From positions 79,608,001 to 79,672,000 of the forward strand of contig NC_042999.1 of the NCBI RefSeq assembly GCF_006345805.1: a stretch of 64,000 bases of DNA, read 5' to 3'. Each line of letters begins with the position of its first letter. Position 1 is the first letter of the stretch. Position numbers and translations under genes: made by a program. Below are positions 25,341 to 39,074 of this stretch, piece after piece. The stretch comes from Octopus sinensis (Eukaryota). The notes beneath the pieces are model-generated. The model was not told where the DNA came from and ran no database searches. It saw only the letters and a list, made by a program, of their open reading frames with translations.

Positions 25341-25774
25341 ATCGTTCTCTGGTTTGTGATGAGATCACAAAATTCGTGGTAGAGAGAGCTATGATTTGCT
25401 GAATCCATAAAAACGGCGTTTCATAATTTGCTGTATTGCGTTATATATCCTTCATTACGCAAATGGCTTACATGTTGGCGCAGGTTCTGCTAGAAAGTTC
25501 AATAAAAATCCCTTTCAAATCACTCTTTAATTTCTTAAAAAGGAACAGAAATAATAGAGAATGTAGTCAACGGGGTATTATCGCGAGGATATATAAACAG
25601 GATTATGATGTAGAGATTAATTTTGATATATCTGCTCAATTGGATCCGAACTGGGGCTAAATAATAGTACGAATAGCAGCAATAAAGCAAAAATAAATCA
25701 ACAAAATTAACAAGAACCTCTTTTGAGTTCAAGGATGTCGTGACAACCCTTTTTACCTTTATATTTTTTTTTCT

Positions 25775-26040
25775 TTACTGCCCGCAAGGGGCTAAACATA
25801 GAGGGGACAAACAAGGACAACGAAAGGGATTAAGTCGATTACATCGACCCCACTGCGAAACTGGTACTTTATTCTTATCGACCTCGAAAGGATGAAAGGC
25901 AAAGTCGACCTTTGACGGAATTTGAACTCAGAACGTAACGGCAGGCGAAATACCTATTTCTTTATTACCCACAAGGGGCTAAACATGGAGGGGACAAATA
26001 AGGACAGGCATAGGTATTAAGTCGATTACATCGACCCCAT
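25775..26040 (-). mobile_element. SINE family B partial dimer (ccccttgtggg tail)
   Basis: Reverse complement matches 4260-4520. Confidence 0.8.
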
Positions 26041-26161
26041 TTATAATAATGATACATAAATTAAACTCGTCTTACTTCGTTCACTAAATAAAATTGCTAA
26101 CTACAATTCGTGAAAGAAATGAGAATATCGTATTTCAGAGTAATTGTTTTTGAAACATACA

Positions 26162-26463
26162 TACATGGTCTGATCAATAAGTATCCGGACTGTTGCCATA
26201 GTAACGAAGCTGAAGTACGTACTGTGTAGCCGCTTGGCACAGATTGCCTTTGACCGTTACTTCTGCTGTGCATGCGCATTAAGTTTTAACGTTCTAGCTC
26301 ACTTTCACTGTTTACAGCAATACTTGGTAGAAATGTGTATAACGGAAGTGAGCTAGAACGTTAAAACTTCGTGCGCAGGCTCAGCAGAGGTCAAAATCAT
26401 CTGTTCCAAGCAGATTTACTCTGCTATGGCAACAGTATGAATACTTATTGATCAGACCTCGTA
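26162..26463. mobile_element. Mariner-type MITE, near whole-length palindrome
   Basis: TA-bounded ends tacatggtctgatcaataagtat / atacttattgatcagacctcgta. Inner arms aagttttaacgttctagctcactt / aagtgagctagaacgttaaaactt. Confidence 0.88.
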
Positions 26464-26856
26464 CATACATACATACATACATACATACATACATACATAC
26501 ATACATACATGCATGCATACGCACATACATACATACATACATACATACATACATACATACATACATGCATTCATGCATACATATATACAGACAAACACAC
26601 GTAGGCTGAATGTTACACGAAAATTTATAGACACAGAATGAAGCACACACACTCAGAAAGAAAGAAAAGGAGAGAGAGAGAGAGAGAGAGAGAGAGCAAG
26701 AAACACAGGTAAAGAGATAGATATACATATATGATAGGTATACATTCATAGAGCAGCAGTATGAATATATAGAGAAGAACAAAGGGACATAGCCTGTAGA
26801 GAGAGATGGAACGATAGCTAAAGTAAACATAACGATATAAAGATTGAGAATTGTGT

Positions 26857-26903
<47 letters not shown>

Positions 26904-27126
26904 TGGACATTGAGCTGAAAAGTCAGTTAGTGAAGAGGAATATGTGAGAGTGACATTATCTATATAGAAGTAATAAAATTTCGATGCTATACACGGTGAC
27001 TAGCAGGAGTTGTTCAGTGAATAATGACACGACTTCCACGTCAGGACAGATAGATAAATTTCCTGCTTTCAATGAGAGATTAGCAACGGCTGCGTTCCAC
27101 TTGAAACATTTCATGTTTTATTGACT

Positions 27127-28440
27127 ACTAGCAGAGATACGCGGCGTTGCCCGAGTTACATACAATTGAAGAATTAGACTTTTCTGTTATATTTTCTCTA
27201 ATGAACTGGAATATCTCTGTTTCGATTTTCATCAAAATTGCAGATGAGGGTTATTACCCTCTTTACACACAGCCAAAAAATTGTAATCGTGCCACATATA
27301 TCACATACTACTGATTTTTATGCGCATATTCCAAAATTCCAGTCTTATTGAACCTGTAAAAAAGATTTAGCTCGTGAAAAATGAAGGTCATAGAGCTCTA
27401 AAATGTGAGAGTTAAGGCCCCTGTTGGGGGTGGGCATCTTAATGTCAACCAGAGAAGTTGAATTGCTGAGAATCTTTTTTACTTGGGTCTTATATCTATT
27501 GTTTGAATTTCTTTGAAATAGGAAATATATGTTCACTGGGTTTGTAAAAGAGAGCAAAGCTACAGGAAACCAAAAGACGAATGATCTCAATAAGCAGTCA
27601 GTTACCCTACCCTAGTCGTTACCACTCCCAATGTAGGATTCCTCATCATCTAGGTGACGGGCACAGCCGTAAGATGCATTACGAATCTATAGCAATTGGA
27701 AGGGCGTGACCCAACTGAAATAAACATTAACAACTGTGTGACGTGAGGGCTAAGGAGAAATGAAAGTTGGAGTTTGCAAATGACCACTATACTGATATGT
27801 AACTGGACAGAATACATTTACAATCTATAAACGTGTTTGAATAACCAGTCATTCATCTGGGAAGGCATGGAAATCAATATTACTATCTGGGGACTATGTG
27901 TGACCGAGTGATAATAAAAAGACTGAAAGGAGGTCTGCAATCAAATAACTTTACTCAACACTTTGCAACTGAATTAGTGGAGGCAAAGACGCCTCTCATT
28001 TACTTGACAATTTATGCAGCACATTGCAAAAATAACAATGTAAGTGTATGTCAAAGCAAACTCTTACACTGTTGTACCATTGAATTACAAATAATGCTCA
28101 ACTTTTATGCTCGGGTAACCCTACAGCTTCCAAGAGCACAACTTTATTCATTTTTGCTTTGATAAAATGACAAAATTGTGGGTGTTAAGTCCCCATGGTG
28201 GGGTCTTTCTAACTTGTAAGAAGATGAAATTTTATAAATATTACTTCATTTGTGTCTAATAATCTATCGTTAAAATTTCCTCAACTGCAAAAATATATGA
28301 ATTGTCATGGGGGTTAATGGCCCTTATGCATAGAATATAATTTCCAAATTTCATAAAGATCCATTCAGTACTTTTGACCTAGTTTTGGATCAAAAAAGAA
28401 ATGACTAAAATTTGGGAGTTAAGGCTCCCATTTAGTGGTT
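27127..28440 (+). mobile_element. Long HINE-like element
   Basis: 5' actagcagagatacgcggcgttgcccg; 3' aaatttcataaagatccattcag followed by a microsatellite. The boundaries are uncertain. Confidence 0.5.
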
Positions 28441-28967
28441 TTATATCTATATCTATCTTCTATCTATCTATCTATCTCTATCATCTATCTATCTATATCT
28501 ATCTATCTATCTATCTATCTATTATCTATATGAAGATGCTATCTTATCTTTCTCTATCTTCTCGCTCTCTCTCTCTCTCTCCTTCCTCCTTGCCTATAAA
28601 ACAAATTCCTTTAATAGATATATCCATATGCTACTATATATAAAACAAACCAACTTGTATGTATATATGTATATATATATGTAAGTGATGTGGTGTGTTC
28701 TTTTCTCCGTTGTGTTTCGTCTCAACCTGCTTCACAACTGCTGTTCATTTATCTCTACACACTTAACTTACTGGTTTCACAAGAACAAAACTCATACAAT
28801 AAGTACCAGGCTATATCAACATAAAAAAGCACTAAGGCGTGTATCAGATTTGTGTTTGCTCCCAATAAGCTTGAATCAATCAATTGATCTTGTATGTGTT
28901 TGGTTATATAATCTATATCTAATCTATCTATCTATCTATCATCTATCTATTCTAATATCTATCTATC

Positions 28968-29059
<92 letters not shown>

Positions 29060-29062
<3 letters not shown>

Positions 29063-29667
29063 CACATAGTTTCTGTTGTAGTTTTCGCAACTTGCAATCG
29101 ATTTCACCAAACTCATGGTGAAGCTTAATGTTACCCTAAGAAACTTAATTCTGACGTTAGTTTTCCATGCAATACCTTACCATCAGAAAAAAATCGATAA
29201 AATCATGCCATTTTGGGAAATCGCGTTCAAATTTAAGATGACATATTTTCGACAATATCTTTCACAAAATTGGCAGGAATTTTTTTTTAAAATTCACAGC
29301 GAGCATCATGTCTGCTCCAAGTAGCTATATGGCCCTTTTTATTCCAATAGGACTTTATTACTGGAAAAAAATCGGTTAATTATATCATATGTGGCACACA
29401 TAGCAAACCGATTTGTGTATTAAACACAGACTGTCTGGGGACCGCAACTCGACCTTTTTAACTCTCTTGGGAGGCGCAATGATTTGTTTCATATTTTCGC
29501 CCAAAGGGACAGCTAGGAACATCGTATACACAGAAGTATCGAGTGAAGAGAAGACATTGCAACCTACACATGCGCCTTCGTTCCCTAGGGGAAAATGACT
29601 AGATTGGGATTAGTCGTTGCCTACTAGGGGCTCTTACATACCGGGCAACGCGGGCTATACTGCTAGT
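29060..29667 (-). mobile_element. HINE-like element in opposite orientation
   Basis: Reverse complement starts actagcagtatagcccgcgttgcccgg and shares a gtgccacatat block with the 27127 element. Confidence 0.5.
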
Positions 29668-29670
29668 ATA

Positions 29671-29713
<43 letters not shown>

Positions 29714-29877
29714 CGATTTACATCTAGTATACATGTATATCTATAGAAATACATCTATATACATATACACATATATATATATATATGTGTGTGTGTATAT
29801 ATATATCCATATATGTACCATAATATTCTATGTATATATATATATATAACATATTTAGTATATATATATATATACAT

Positions 29878-31155
29878 TTTGATGACATTTTGAGAGCCTT
29901 GGGAAGGGTTCCAACACTGATGTCATCTACCTTGATTTCAGCAAGGCCTTTGACAGGGTTATCATAAGATCCTTCTGAAAAGCTGTCCAATATTGGTGTC
30001 AGGAAAGCTGCTGCAGTGGATCAAGTGCTTCCTGTCTAACAGAACCCAACATGTTGTAGTCGAAGGAGTCAAATCCAGCCCAGCCAAAGTCAGCAGTGGT
30101 GTCCCACAAGGCACTGTGTTGGGCCCACTCCTCTTCATCATCTACTAAATGATATTACTGACACCATCAAACACAGTAACATCAGAACCTTCGCTGATGA
30201 TTCCAAGCTCCAGAAGGTCATCAATGGCGTGGATGACCGAATAAGCCTTCAGTCAGACTACTGGCTGTTGTCCAATGGGCGGAAAAGAAAACATGCTAAC
30301 GACGACAAATTCGAACTGATCCACTTTGGAAGGGAGGACGCTCTGAAAACTCCATACTCCCTTCCTTCTGGAGAAATTCTCATGGCGTCCAACAACATCA
30401 GAGACTTGGGAGTAACAGTGGGCAACAACATAAGCTGGGCTACACATATAATCAGCAAAGTTGACATGGCCCGCAGAATGTGTTCCTGGATTCTCAGAAC
30501 CTTCCAGTCGAGAGATTCCCACGCTATTATCCTTCTCTTCTCCACTTTTGCCCGACCCCACCTTGAATACTGCTGTCCACTGTGGTCTCCCTACACAAAA
30601 CAAAATATTATGAGAATTGAAGCTCCCCAAAGGTCAATCACAAAAAAGATAGATGGCATGTCAGACCTTGACTACTGGGGTAGACTAGAGAAGCTGAAAC
30701 TGTATTCACTCCAACGACGCCGTGAACGCTACATTATCTGTATGATGTGGAAAATATTCCATCAGCACTGTCCGAATGATGTTGGCATCACCTTCAAAAT
30801 ACATCTAAGGCTTGAACCACGTGCCATCCGTCCACAACAAAAATCTAAATCGCATCACATAACGACAATACGGCACAACTATTTCACCTCAATTGGACCC
30901 GCTCTCTTCAACATTACACCAGGACACATCAAAAAAGAAACTGACCACACAAAATTCAAGAAGTCTTTGGACAAATTCCTTCAAACAGTCCCGGACAAAC
31001 CACACACACTGGATATGTCTCCGCAAACAATAACTCTCTGCTCGAATGGCTTTGGTGCCCAAATCCTGAATTGAAGACTTCGCCAGGTGGTGCTATTAAG
31101 TTAGACATGGCTGGCCAAACTGGGCCCAAAACCTTTCTATTCTAGTTATAAGTTA
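29878..31155 (+). mobile_element. CR1-like LINE, 5'-truncated RT to 3' end
   Basis: DVIYLDFSKAFDRV, SGVPQGTVLGPLLF, TFADDSKL, RPHLEYCCPLWSP, LYSLQRRRERY, with frameshifts. Confidence 0.92.
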
Positions 31156-31177
31156 TATTATATCTATATATATATAG

Positions 31178-31211
<34 letters not shown>

Positions 31212-31229
31212 GATATAATATATACATAT

Positions 31230-31502
31230 ACAATACAGAGAGAGATGTTTATTTCACTTAACCACGTAATACTGCCATAGTGGAGAAGATATGATATTGC
31301 CGTGGGCCCGCCCTAGGCAAGAAGACAAACATTTGTTTTTGCCCATGACATTACATGGACCCTAAGTAAGGAATATGTTATATTTGAATGAAATTGGTTG
31401 TGTAGTTTTAGGGATTCACACAGACAGACAGACAGACAGACAGCTAGACGGACAGACAGACAGACAGACAGACACACATTCTCAGTTTTATATATATAGA
31501 TA
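31230..31502 (+). mobile_element. HINE-like element (13136 family)
   Basis: Match to 13136-13480. Confidence 0.7.
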
Positions 31503-31507
31503 TACTA

Positions 31508-32470
31508 GGAAGGGATTAGCATTAGCTAAGGACTTCGAGGAAGCAACGGAATCTGGCTCTGCAGCTCAGGTGACGGCCAAGAGACTGGTGTTAAACCAGC
31601 ATCTCGAAGCCCAACATATGGGTTGCATTGTTGTAGCCAAGATTCGTACATTGGGTTGTGAAGGAATCAAGGCAGCAGGATCGGCCCGAGTGGTGGAAGC
31701 CCAATGGGCAACGATGGCACAACTCGATCTTTGATGACCCAAAAATGTAAGTTGATCAACGAGCCCAAAGAGATGCGTGAGGTCCTTCAGGAGCACTTCA
31801 CCCAGGTTTTCGGGGTGGGGTAAGTGGACCGGACAGTAAGAGGGACCTAACGGATTTCCTCGCCGGGTTGCCGCGCCTCTCGGAGCTTGACGCGGAGTGT
31901 TGTGAAGGGCCGATCACGCCTGAGGAGGTAATTGAGGCTATGGCGCACCGCGACGCGGGTAAGGCACCGGGACTGAATGGTCTACCCTATGAACTGTATA
32001 AGAGTATGCCAGACTTGTTCGGGCACCTGCTGGCGAATGTCTATGCGAACTGGCAGCAGAATGAGTTCATTCCCAGATCTGTGCGCCGGGGAGTGGTGAG
32101 TCTTGTCAGAAAGGACCCGAACAAGGGGGGACTGCATTGATAATTTTTGGCCCATCACTCTGCTAAACACAGAGTTGAAGATTTTGGCCAAAGTGTTTTC
32201 GAAAAGATTGGCGCTTTTCGCATATGGCTTTATTGGGAAGGCACAGGCATGTGCCGTTTCCCGGTAGAACCATTCAGGATAACATCCATCTTCTACAGTA
32301 CACTGTAGAAGGGTTTCATAATGATTCTTGCAAGGGAGAGACAGTGGTCGATTTAGACCAATCAAAGGCTTTTGACAGGGTAGACCATCATTACCTGGTG
32401 TCCGTTCTGGCACAGTTCGGCCTGGGTATTAGTTTCCTCAGGTGGATCATTGAAATTTATAACAACATCT
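31508..32470 (+). mobile_element. L1/Tx1-clade ORF2 internal fragment (linker plus RT N-half)
   Basis: EGPITPEEV...KAPGLNGLPYELY, PITLLNTELKILAK, GRTIQDNI, LDQSKAFDRVDH. Confidence 0.88.
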
Positions 32471-32519
32471 GTGTCGCCATAGCGCTCACTGTGGTGTCGT
32501 AGCCTTGGACAATGAGCCC

Positions 32520-32670
32520 AATGGCGCCCAGAGCGTTGCCCATGACACTCCATGGACCCTAAGGAAGGCATGTGTAAAATTTGAATGAAATTGGTTGTGT
32601 AGTTCTCAAGTTTTAGGGATTCACACAGGCAGACAGACAGACAGACACACATTCTCAGTTTTATATATAT
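32520..32670 (+). mobile_element. HINE-like 3' end (13136 family)
   Basis: ttgcccatgacactccatggaccctaagg...acagacacacattctcagtttt. Confidence 0.7.
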
Positions 32671-32857
32671 ATAGATAGATCATCAAAACTCTATCTTCAT
32701 TAACACACATAAAGACATCTCACACACACACACAACGTAAACACAAACACATAAACATACCCATACTCAAGAAAATACAACAGAAAATATCACTTATTTT
32801 ATATTGCAATATATGTATATGTATGCATGTGTGTGTATGTATGTATGTAGGTATATG

Positions 32858-32896
<39 letters not shown>

Positions 32897-32913
32897 TATG
32901 ATATACATATACG

Positions 32914-32964
<51 letters not shown>

Positions 32965-32965
32965 G

Positions 32966-32999
<34 letters not shown>

Positions 33000-34094
33000 T
33001 GTATGTATGAATGTATACACACACATACGAGTATAATGTTCTTATGTTTTTCGAAAGCCAAATCAATACGAATTATAAGGTGAAAGGAAAATAATATGGT
33101 TCAATATTATGCACTTTTAATATTTCGGGGTCAAGTTCTCCTCTTCATGAAAAGGAAGTCAGAGATTTGGTGTAGCGAGGTAGCTTTTCTGTTCTCTGGG
33201 GTATGTATGGTATGTATGGTATGTATGGTATGTATGTATGTGCATATATATGGGGTGGTGTATCTTTGCATGCACATGTTAACATTACAAAAACGGTTGA
33301 ATGAGTAACTGTCAATTTTGTAGCAGCTTCCTGATCAACATCGTTTCGTGATACTCTGGAGCATATTGTGTTCTTTCACACAATACATCTATAAAAAGAT
33401 TTTTGCCAGAAAAACTGCAATTTCTTACTTTTCTACAATACACATAAGTGTCTTATAGATATGTGACAAGTCTCTCTTTTCTTTTTTATTTTGTTTGTTA
33501 TGAAGTGGATGGCATATTTCTACAAACACACCCAGACATGTACATTATTCTAGCCATTTATTAAATAGAGTAATATCGTTAACTCTAAGCCAGTATTACG
33601 TATATCCTGTGAAGCGTCAGAGTGCTCCATCGTATTACATCATATTGTAATAATGGATGGTCATATAAATAGACAACTACAGAATATCCTTGTAGGCTTT
33701 TATAGTTATGGCCGAAGATTGAGTTATCATCCCAAAACCAGCTCTTTCCTTTTTAAGGATTGACCTTTCCATCATAAAGAACGAGCATTGCATAACCCAT
33801 GTAAAAGTAAACTGGGATTTTACCTCGAGTTTGACGTACGAACGCAAAAGAGGCGTAAGATGCTAATACCTTAATCTGTGGCTGGTCACAAAACATAACC
33901 TTTTAGTTTATCCTCCAAAGTTTTATTTTTTATTCTTGTTCACTAGCAAACGATCCAGTTTGTTTTACCGTGGCCATGTTTTATTATTTTTCTCTCTTTT
34001 TACCTTTTATATGTGTATTTATATATGTGAAACATAAGATATGGTGACGGTGATAATTTTGGTGTTCCACTAAGAACTTTAACATTATTCTTTT

Positions 34095-34930
34095 ATTCCT
34101 TTAATTGATTCACTCATTTGACTGCAGCAATGCTGGAGCACCGCCTCTAATGGTTTTAGTCGAAGAAACCGACCCCAGGACTTATTCTTTTTAAGCCTAT
34201 TACTTATTCTATCGATCTCTTTGGCCAAACTGCTAAGTTACATTGACGTAAGCAGACCAACATTTGTCAAACTATGATGGGGGTGCAACTCAGACGCAAA
34301 CACACACGCACGTATACCCACAAAGATGCACGTGTACACACACATATGACAGGCTTCTGTCAGTTTTTGCCTACCAAATCCATGCTTAAGGCTTTGATCG
34401 GCCCGCGGCTTTAGAAGTCACTTGCCTAAGGTGCTTCGCAGTGGGACTGAACATGGAACCATGTGGTAGGTAAAGTAAGCTTCTTACCACACAGCCACCC
34501 TAAAAAAATTAATTTCTTTTTATTCTTTCACTTGTTTCAGTCTTTTGACTGCGGCCATGGTAGGGCACCCCCTTCAAGGGTTTTAGTCGAAAAAATCGTC
34601 TCCAGGAATTATTCTTTTTAAGCTTAGTACTCATTCTACCGGCCTCTTTGCCAAACTCCTAAGTTACGGGGACGTAAACATGCCAACTCCGGTTGTTAAG
34701 TGATGATGGGTGGACAAGCAGAGACACAAAGACACACACGCATAAATATATATATACATACACACACATATACAACGGGATTCTTTCAGTCTCCGTTTAC
34801 CAAATCCATTCAAGTTTTTGGTCGGCTCGAGGCCATAATAGATGACAGTTGACCAAGGTGCCACATAGTGGGGCTGAGCCCAGAACCATGTGGTTGGAAA
34901 GCAAGCTTCTTACCACACAGCCACGCCTGC
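34095..34930 (-). mobile_element. Two tandem SINE family A copies
   Basis: Copies at ~34095-34500 and ~34520-34930. Confidence 0.82.
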
Positions 34931-35699
34931 ACTTATAATGTGAAACATAATTCATATCATTGGGTCACTTGAATTCTCTACGTTCATTTGAAATTCCAAT
35001 TATGCAAATTAATACTGGCCAAAAATCTTCGTATCTCTTTCTTTTTCGTATAAACATTCTTTCACTGATCAAAGCAGGCTTTGTTAAACTATGCTAAGCT
35101 GATGATGGTTCAGTAAGACTGAAATATGCCTGTAGATATTCACTTGTCTGTGAACAAAGACACTTTTTCAAGCATGTAATTTCATATACTGAAACGAATA
35201 TTTCGTCTAATTTTATTTTCAGTTATTTACAATGTTCTACGAGATTTACTATAAAGTCCTTTTCTCCAAAGTAGAGGGACATTATAACTGAAGGAGATTA
35301 ACTGAGATGCCATCAACATTCTTTAGTATAGTTGTCTAAATACTTGTAATTAGCATTTGATAAAGTTCCGTGAGTATTAATATTCAAGAATAATTTAAAT
35401 GAATAAAGAGAATAATACATCAACACTATTTAATTATTACAGCATGCTTAATTTAAATATTTATCCTACATATGTTTCTCCTGCATGGATATCTCGCGAT
35501 GTGATTTACATCCAGTTTAAGACTGTGCCCATGCAGTTTTATTCAAGGTGTTGCCAGTATTGAGATTTTCCTATATGTTCCCTTCATGTATACATATATA
35601 TTTATTCATTCAAACATTGGAAGTAAAGGCTTGAAATCAGTGCAGACAGTATTCGACTGTAATCGAATATCTCTCAGACTACACCTGCCAAAGAACAAC

Positions 35700-36250
35700 A
35701 GCAAAACTAAATACATAAAACTAGAGCTAAGAAGTGAAAAGAACAGCCTTCATATCAGTTGAGAGCTCTATAGGAAGAACTCTCTTTCTGACGCTCTTTC
35801 GCACAATCCTGAAACAGCTGAAGTAATATAACTTAAAGAATACCTAGATATGAAACAGTCAGCATAGCAATGATTAAGAATGATATTGGTATGTTTCTCG
35901 AATTCTTGAAGATGTCAGTAATATCGACATGAAGTGTAGCCTCTTTTGGAATTATGATCACTACATCACACTTCAAAGGTTGCAAATTTGGAACCTAAGA
36001 ATATTTGATTCCTACAAAATACCTTATAAAAAAAAATAACAGGCTCCCAAGATGTAATAGGAAATGTCGATTATGTCACATTTCTATAAAAGATATCACA
36101 CACGTGAATGGCACACATGCGAATGTAATCAAGGTAATTCACACTTGTGAATCTAATAAAGGTAACAGCTTACAAGCGACAAGACTTGCAAAATCAAGAA
36201 ATAATGCCATCCGAAAAAGAAAAAAAATATGGAGAAAACCCCTGTTAGTC
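35700..36250 (+). mobile_element. Degraded RLE-clade (R4/Dong-like) LINE C-terminal fragment
   Basis: RKCRLCHISIKDITHV resembles the CCHC knuckle preceding the RLE nuclease. Heavily disrupted. Confidence 0.45.
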
Positions 36251-36269
36251 AGTATATATTGGTGTCAAA

Positions 36270-36475
36270 TTTTGGCACAGGGCCAGCAAGTTTAGGTGAG
36301 GGGCTAAGTCAATTACATCAACGCAGTATTCAACTGGTACTTATTTTATTGACCCACGAAAGGATGAAAGGTAAAGTCGACCTTGGCGGTATTTGAACTC
36401 AAAACGTAAAGACGGACGAAATGCCGCTAAGTATTTCTACCTGGAGTGCTAACGATTCTGTCAGCTTACCGTCTT
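36270..36475 (-). mobile_element. SINE family B
   Basis: Reverse-complement match with the tgccaaaatttga tail. Confidence 0.8.
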
Positions 36476-36823
36476 CTGAGATACACCAATATTAACACAA
36501 TGAATATGAATGGAACGTTCCCACAAAAGACTTCTATGAAGTGCTAATACAACAGGTCGGATATTGTTGCTTGGGATGTCTAAGAAAAAGTACGTACAGT
36601 CATAGAGGTTAGCTGCCCAACTGATGTAAATATCTCATTGAAAATCATTGATATGCACATTACAAATACAATATATAAGTGGAACAGTTAAAGTATGTAA
36701 GACATTTCTCATGTGCAAAATGTGAATTTGTTTTTGTCATTTACATTCCATCGTTGGAGGTTTGTATCTTTGCAGGAAGAGCAACTGCACCCGTACAGGA
36801 ATATTTCAAATAGGCAAAATTAG

Positions 36824-36865
<42 letters not shown>

Positions 36866-37067
36866 AGCACGAACGCACGCACACACACATACACACACAC
36901 ACACACACACATTCATACACACATTCATACACACAAGGCTATCCTATTAATGTCTAAATTCCAATGAAATAGTCTTGCTTCTCTGACACTTTTCAATGGC
37001 AACAAATGAAAAAAAGTCAAGCATATATAAAAGTGTATGCGTGTGGGCGTGCATGTGTGTGGGCGTG

Positions 37068-37105
<38 letters not shown>

Positions 37106-37149
37106 TGTGAGTGTACTTATATATACAAACACGAGCATAGATATATATT

Positions 37150-37400
37150 TTTACTTTTAGTTGGTACAGTTATTTGACTGCGGCCATTCTGGAGCACCGC
37201 CTTTAGTCGAACAAATCGACCCCAGGACTTGTTCTTTGTAAGCCTAGTACTCATTCTATCGGTCTCTTTCGCTGAGCTGGTAAGTTACGAAGACATAAAC
37301 ACACCATCATCAGTTGCCAAGCGACGTGGTGTGACAAATACAGACACACAAACATATATATATATACACAAGCACAACACATGCATACATACATATATAC

Positions 37401-37457
<57 letters not shown>

Positions 37458-37622
37458 GACGGGCTTCTTTCAGTTTCCATCTGTGAAATTCATTCACAAG
37501 GCTTTGGCCGGACGGACCGAGTCTATAGTAGAAGATACTTGGCCAAGGTGCCATGTAATGGGACTGAACCCAGAAGCTGAACTGTGGTTGGGAAGCAAGC
37601 TTCTTACCACACAGCCACGCCT
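37150..37622 (-). mobile_element. SINE family A with expanded central microsatellite
   Basis: Reverse-complement match. Confidence 0.85.
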
Positions 37623-38197
37623 AAATACTTATACACATATGAGTGTGCATATAATACATATATCTACACATACACAGACAGGAACACACACACACATATA
37701 TATATTTGTATGTATATGTATAATATACATGTATGTACGCAGCAATTAATACATACAAAAGTAATTTTTATTGTGCCTTATGAAGTGTTAATAAAACAAT
37801 TTTTGAGAAGAAAATTCACACCTAGTAAAATTTATAATTGCTATGAAGAGCTTTAATATTTTGTTAGTCATCCACCATACCTTCATCCGTTTACCATCGT
37901 TACAAGAACAACGACAACTACTACTGCTACTACTACTACTACTACTACTACTTATTGTGTATTTTTGTAACAGTATGTACTGATTTCGAATCCTATCGAA
38001 GTCACTGTTGCATTTCGAGGGGTGATAAAATAAGGCGCAACAATCACTGGTGTCTGCTTCATCCGCTTGAACCCCACTCCCAAATGTCCATCCCTGTAGT
38101 TTATTTAAAAGCAAATACTACCCCAGTAGTTAGGGAATAAGTATCAGGGATGGAATGAGTCTTTTCTGAGTATACATTGGGTTCTGACTCAATATAT

Positions 38198-38358
38198 GTA
38201 CGACTGGCTTCTTTCAGTTTTCGTCTACCAAATCCACTCACAAGGCTTTGGTCGGCCCGAGGCTATAGTAAAAGACACTTGCCCAAGGTGCGCTATTGTG
38301 TGGGACTGAACCCAGAACCATGTGGTTAGTAAGCCAGCTACTTAGCACACAACCACTT
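38198..38358 (-). mobile_element. SINE family A, 5' half
   Basis: Reverse-complement match. Confidence 0.8.
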
Positions 38359-38513
38359 GGCAGGACAAGTCGCTGTTGTTGTTTGTTTAATTTTTCCAAC
38401 TTGGTCAATTCTATATCTAATATTTTATACCGAATTTGTTTATTGATTTGACCTCAGCAATCACTATACATTTCAATAGCTTATATATGATTGTGACTTT
38501 GCATTTATACTAT

Positions 38514-38886
38514 ACTAGCAGTATCGCCCGGCGTTGCTCGGGTTTGTAAGGGAAATAACTATAAAGCATTTTTAGTGAGTTATAGGCAAAAAATGGAAAA
38601 AAAATGATGGTAAATTTTTTTTAGTTAAAAAGGTCGAGTTGCGTCCCCTAGACAGTCTGTGGTTTGTGTTTCTGATTCTCGACCCCATGTCGAATTTATC
38701 GATTTTTTTCAGAACTGGGGGAACTTTTCAAAATTTTCGCTGCGTTAGTTTTGAATTATGACATTGGGCTATGTGTGTGTCAAGTTTCATCAGAATCGGT
38801 TGAAAGCCGTGGTCAGGGTGAGGGTACAACCTAACAGACACACAGAAACACACACAGACAAACTGCCGTTTATATATAGAGAGATA
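38514..38886 (+). mobile_element. Helentron/HINE-like element (full-length version of the 1418 copy)
   Basis: High identity to 1418-1745; retains aatcggttgaaagccgtgg. Confidence 0.75.
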
Positions 38887-39074
38887 TTCATTTGCTCAGC
38901 ATCTCATCGGCAAATATACACGATTCACCTTTTTACCTGATTTGTGTCTATAATTGCTGCTTGTATTCTCGGTCGGGGTGAGGGATAATTAAGGCTGGAT
39001 AAATATTTTGAGTAAAGTTTTACCTAACAGGTTGCCTGGGGCGAAATAACCATGGCAGCAAGAGCAGCAACAGT

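Noticed and set aside
27860-28000. KSILLSGD resembling a Helitron PIF1 helicase motif
   Set aside because: It is a single short match; no FRQ continuation or other helicase motifs were found.
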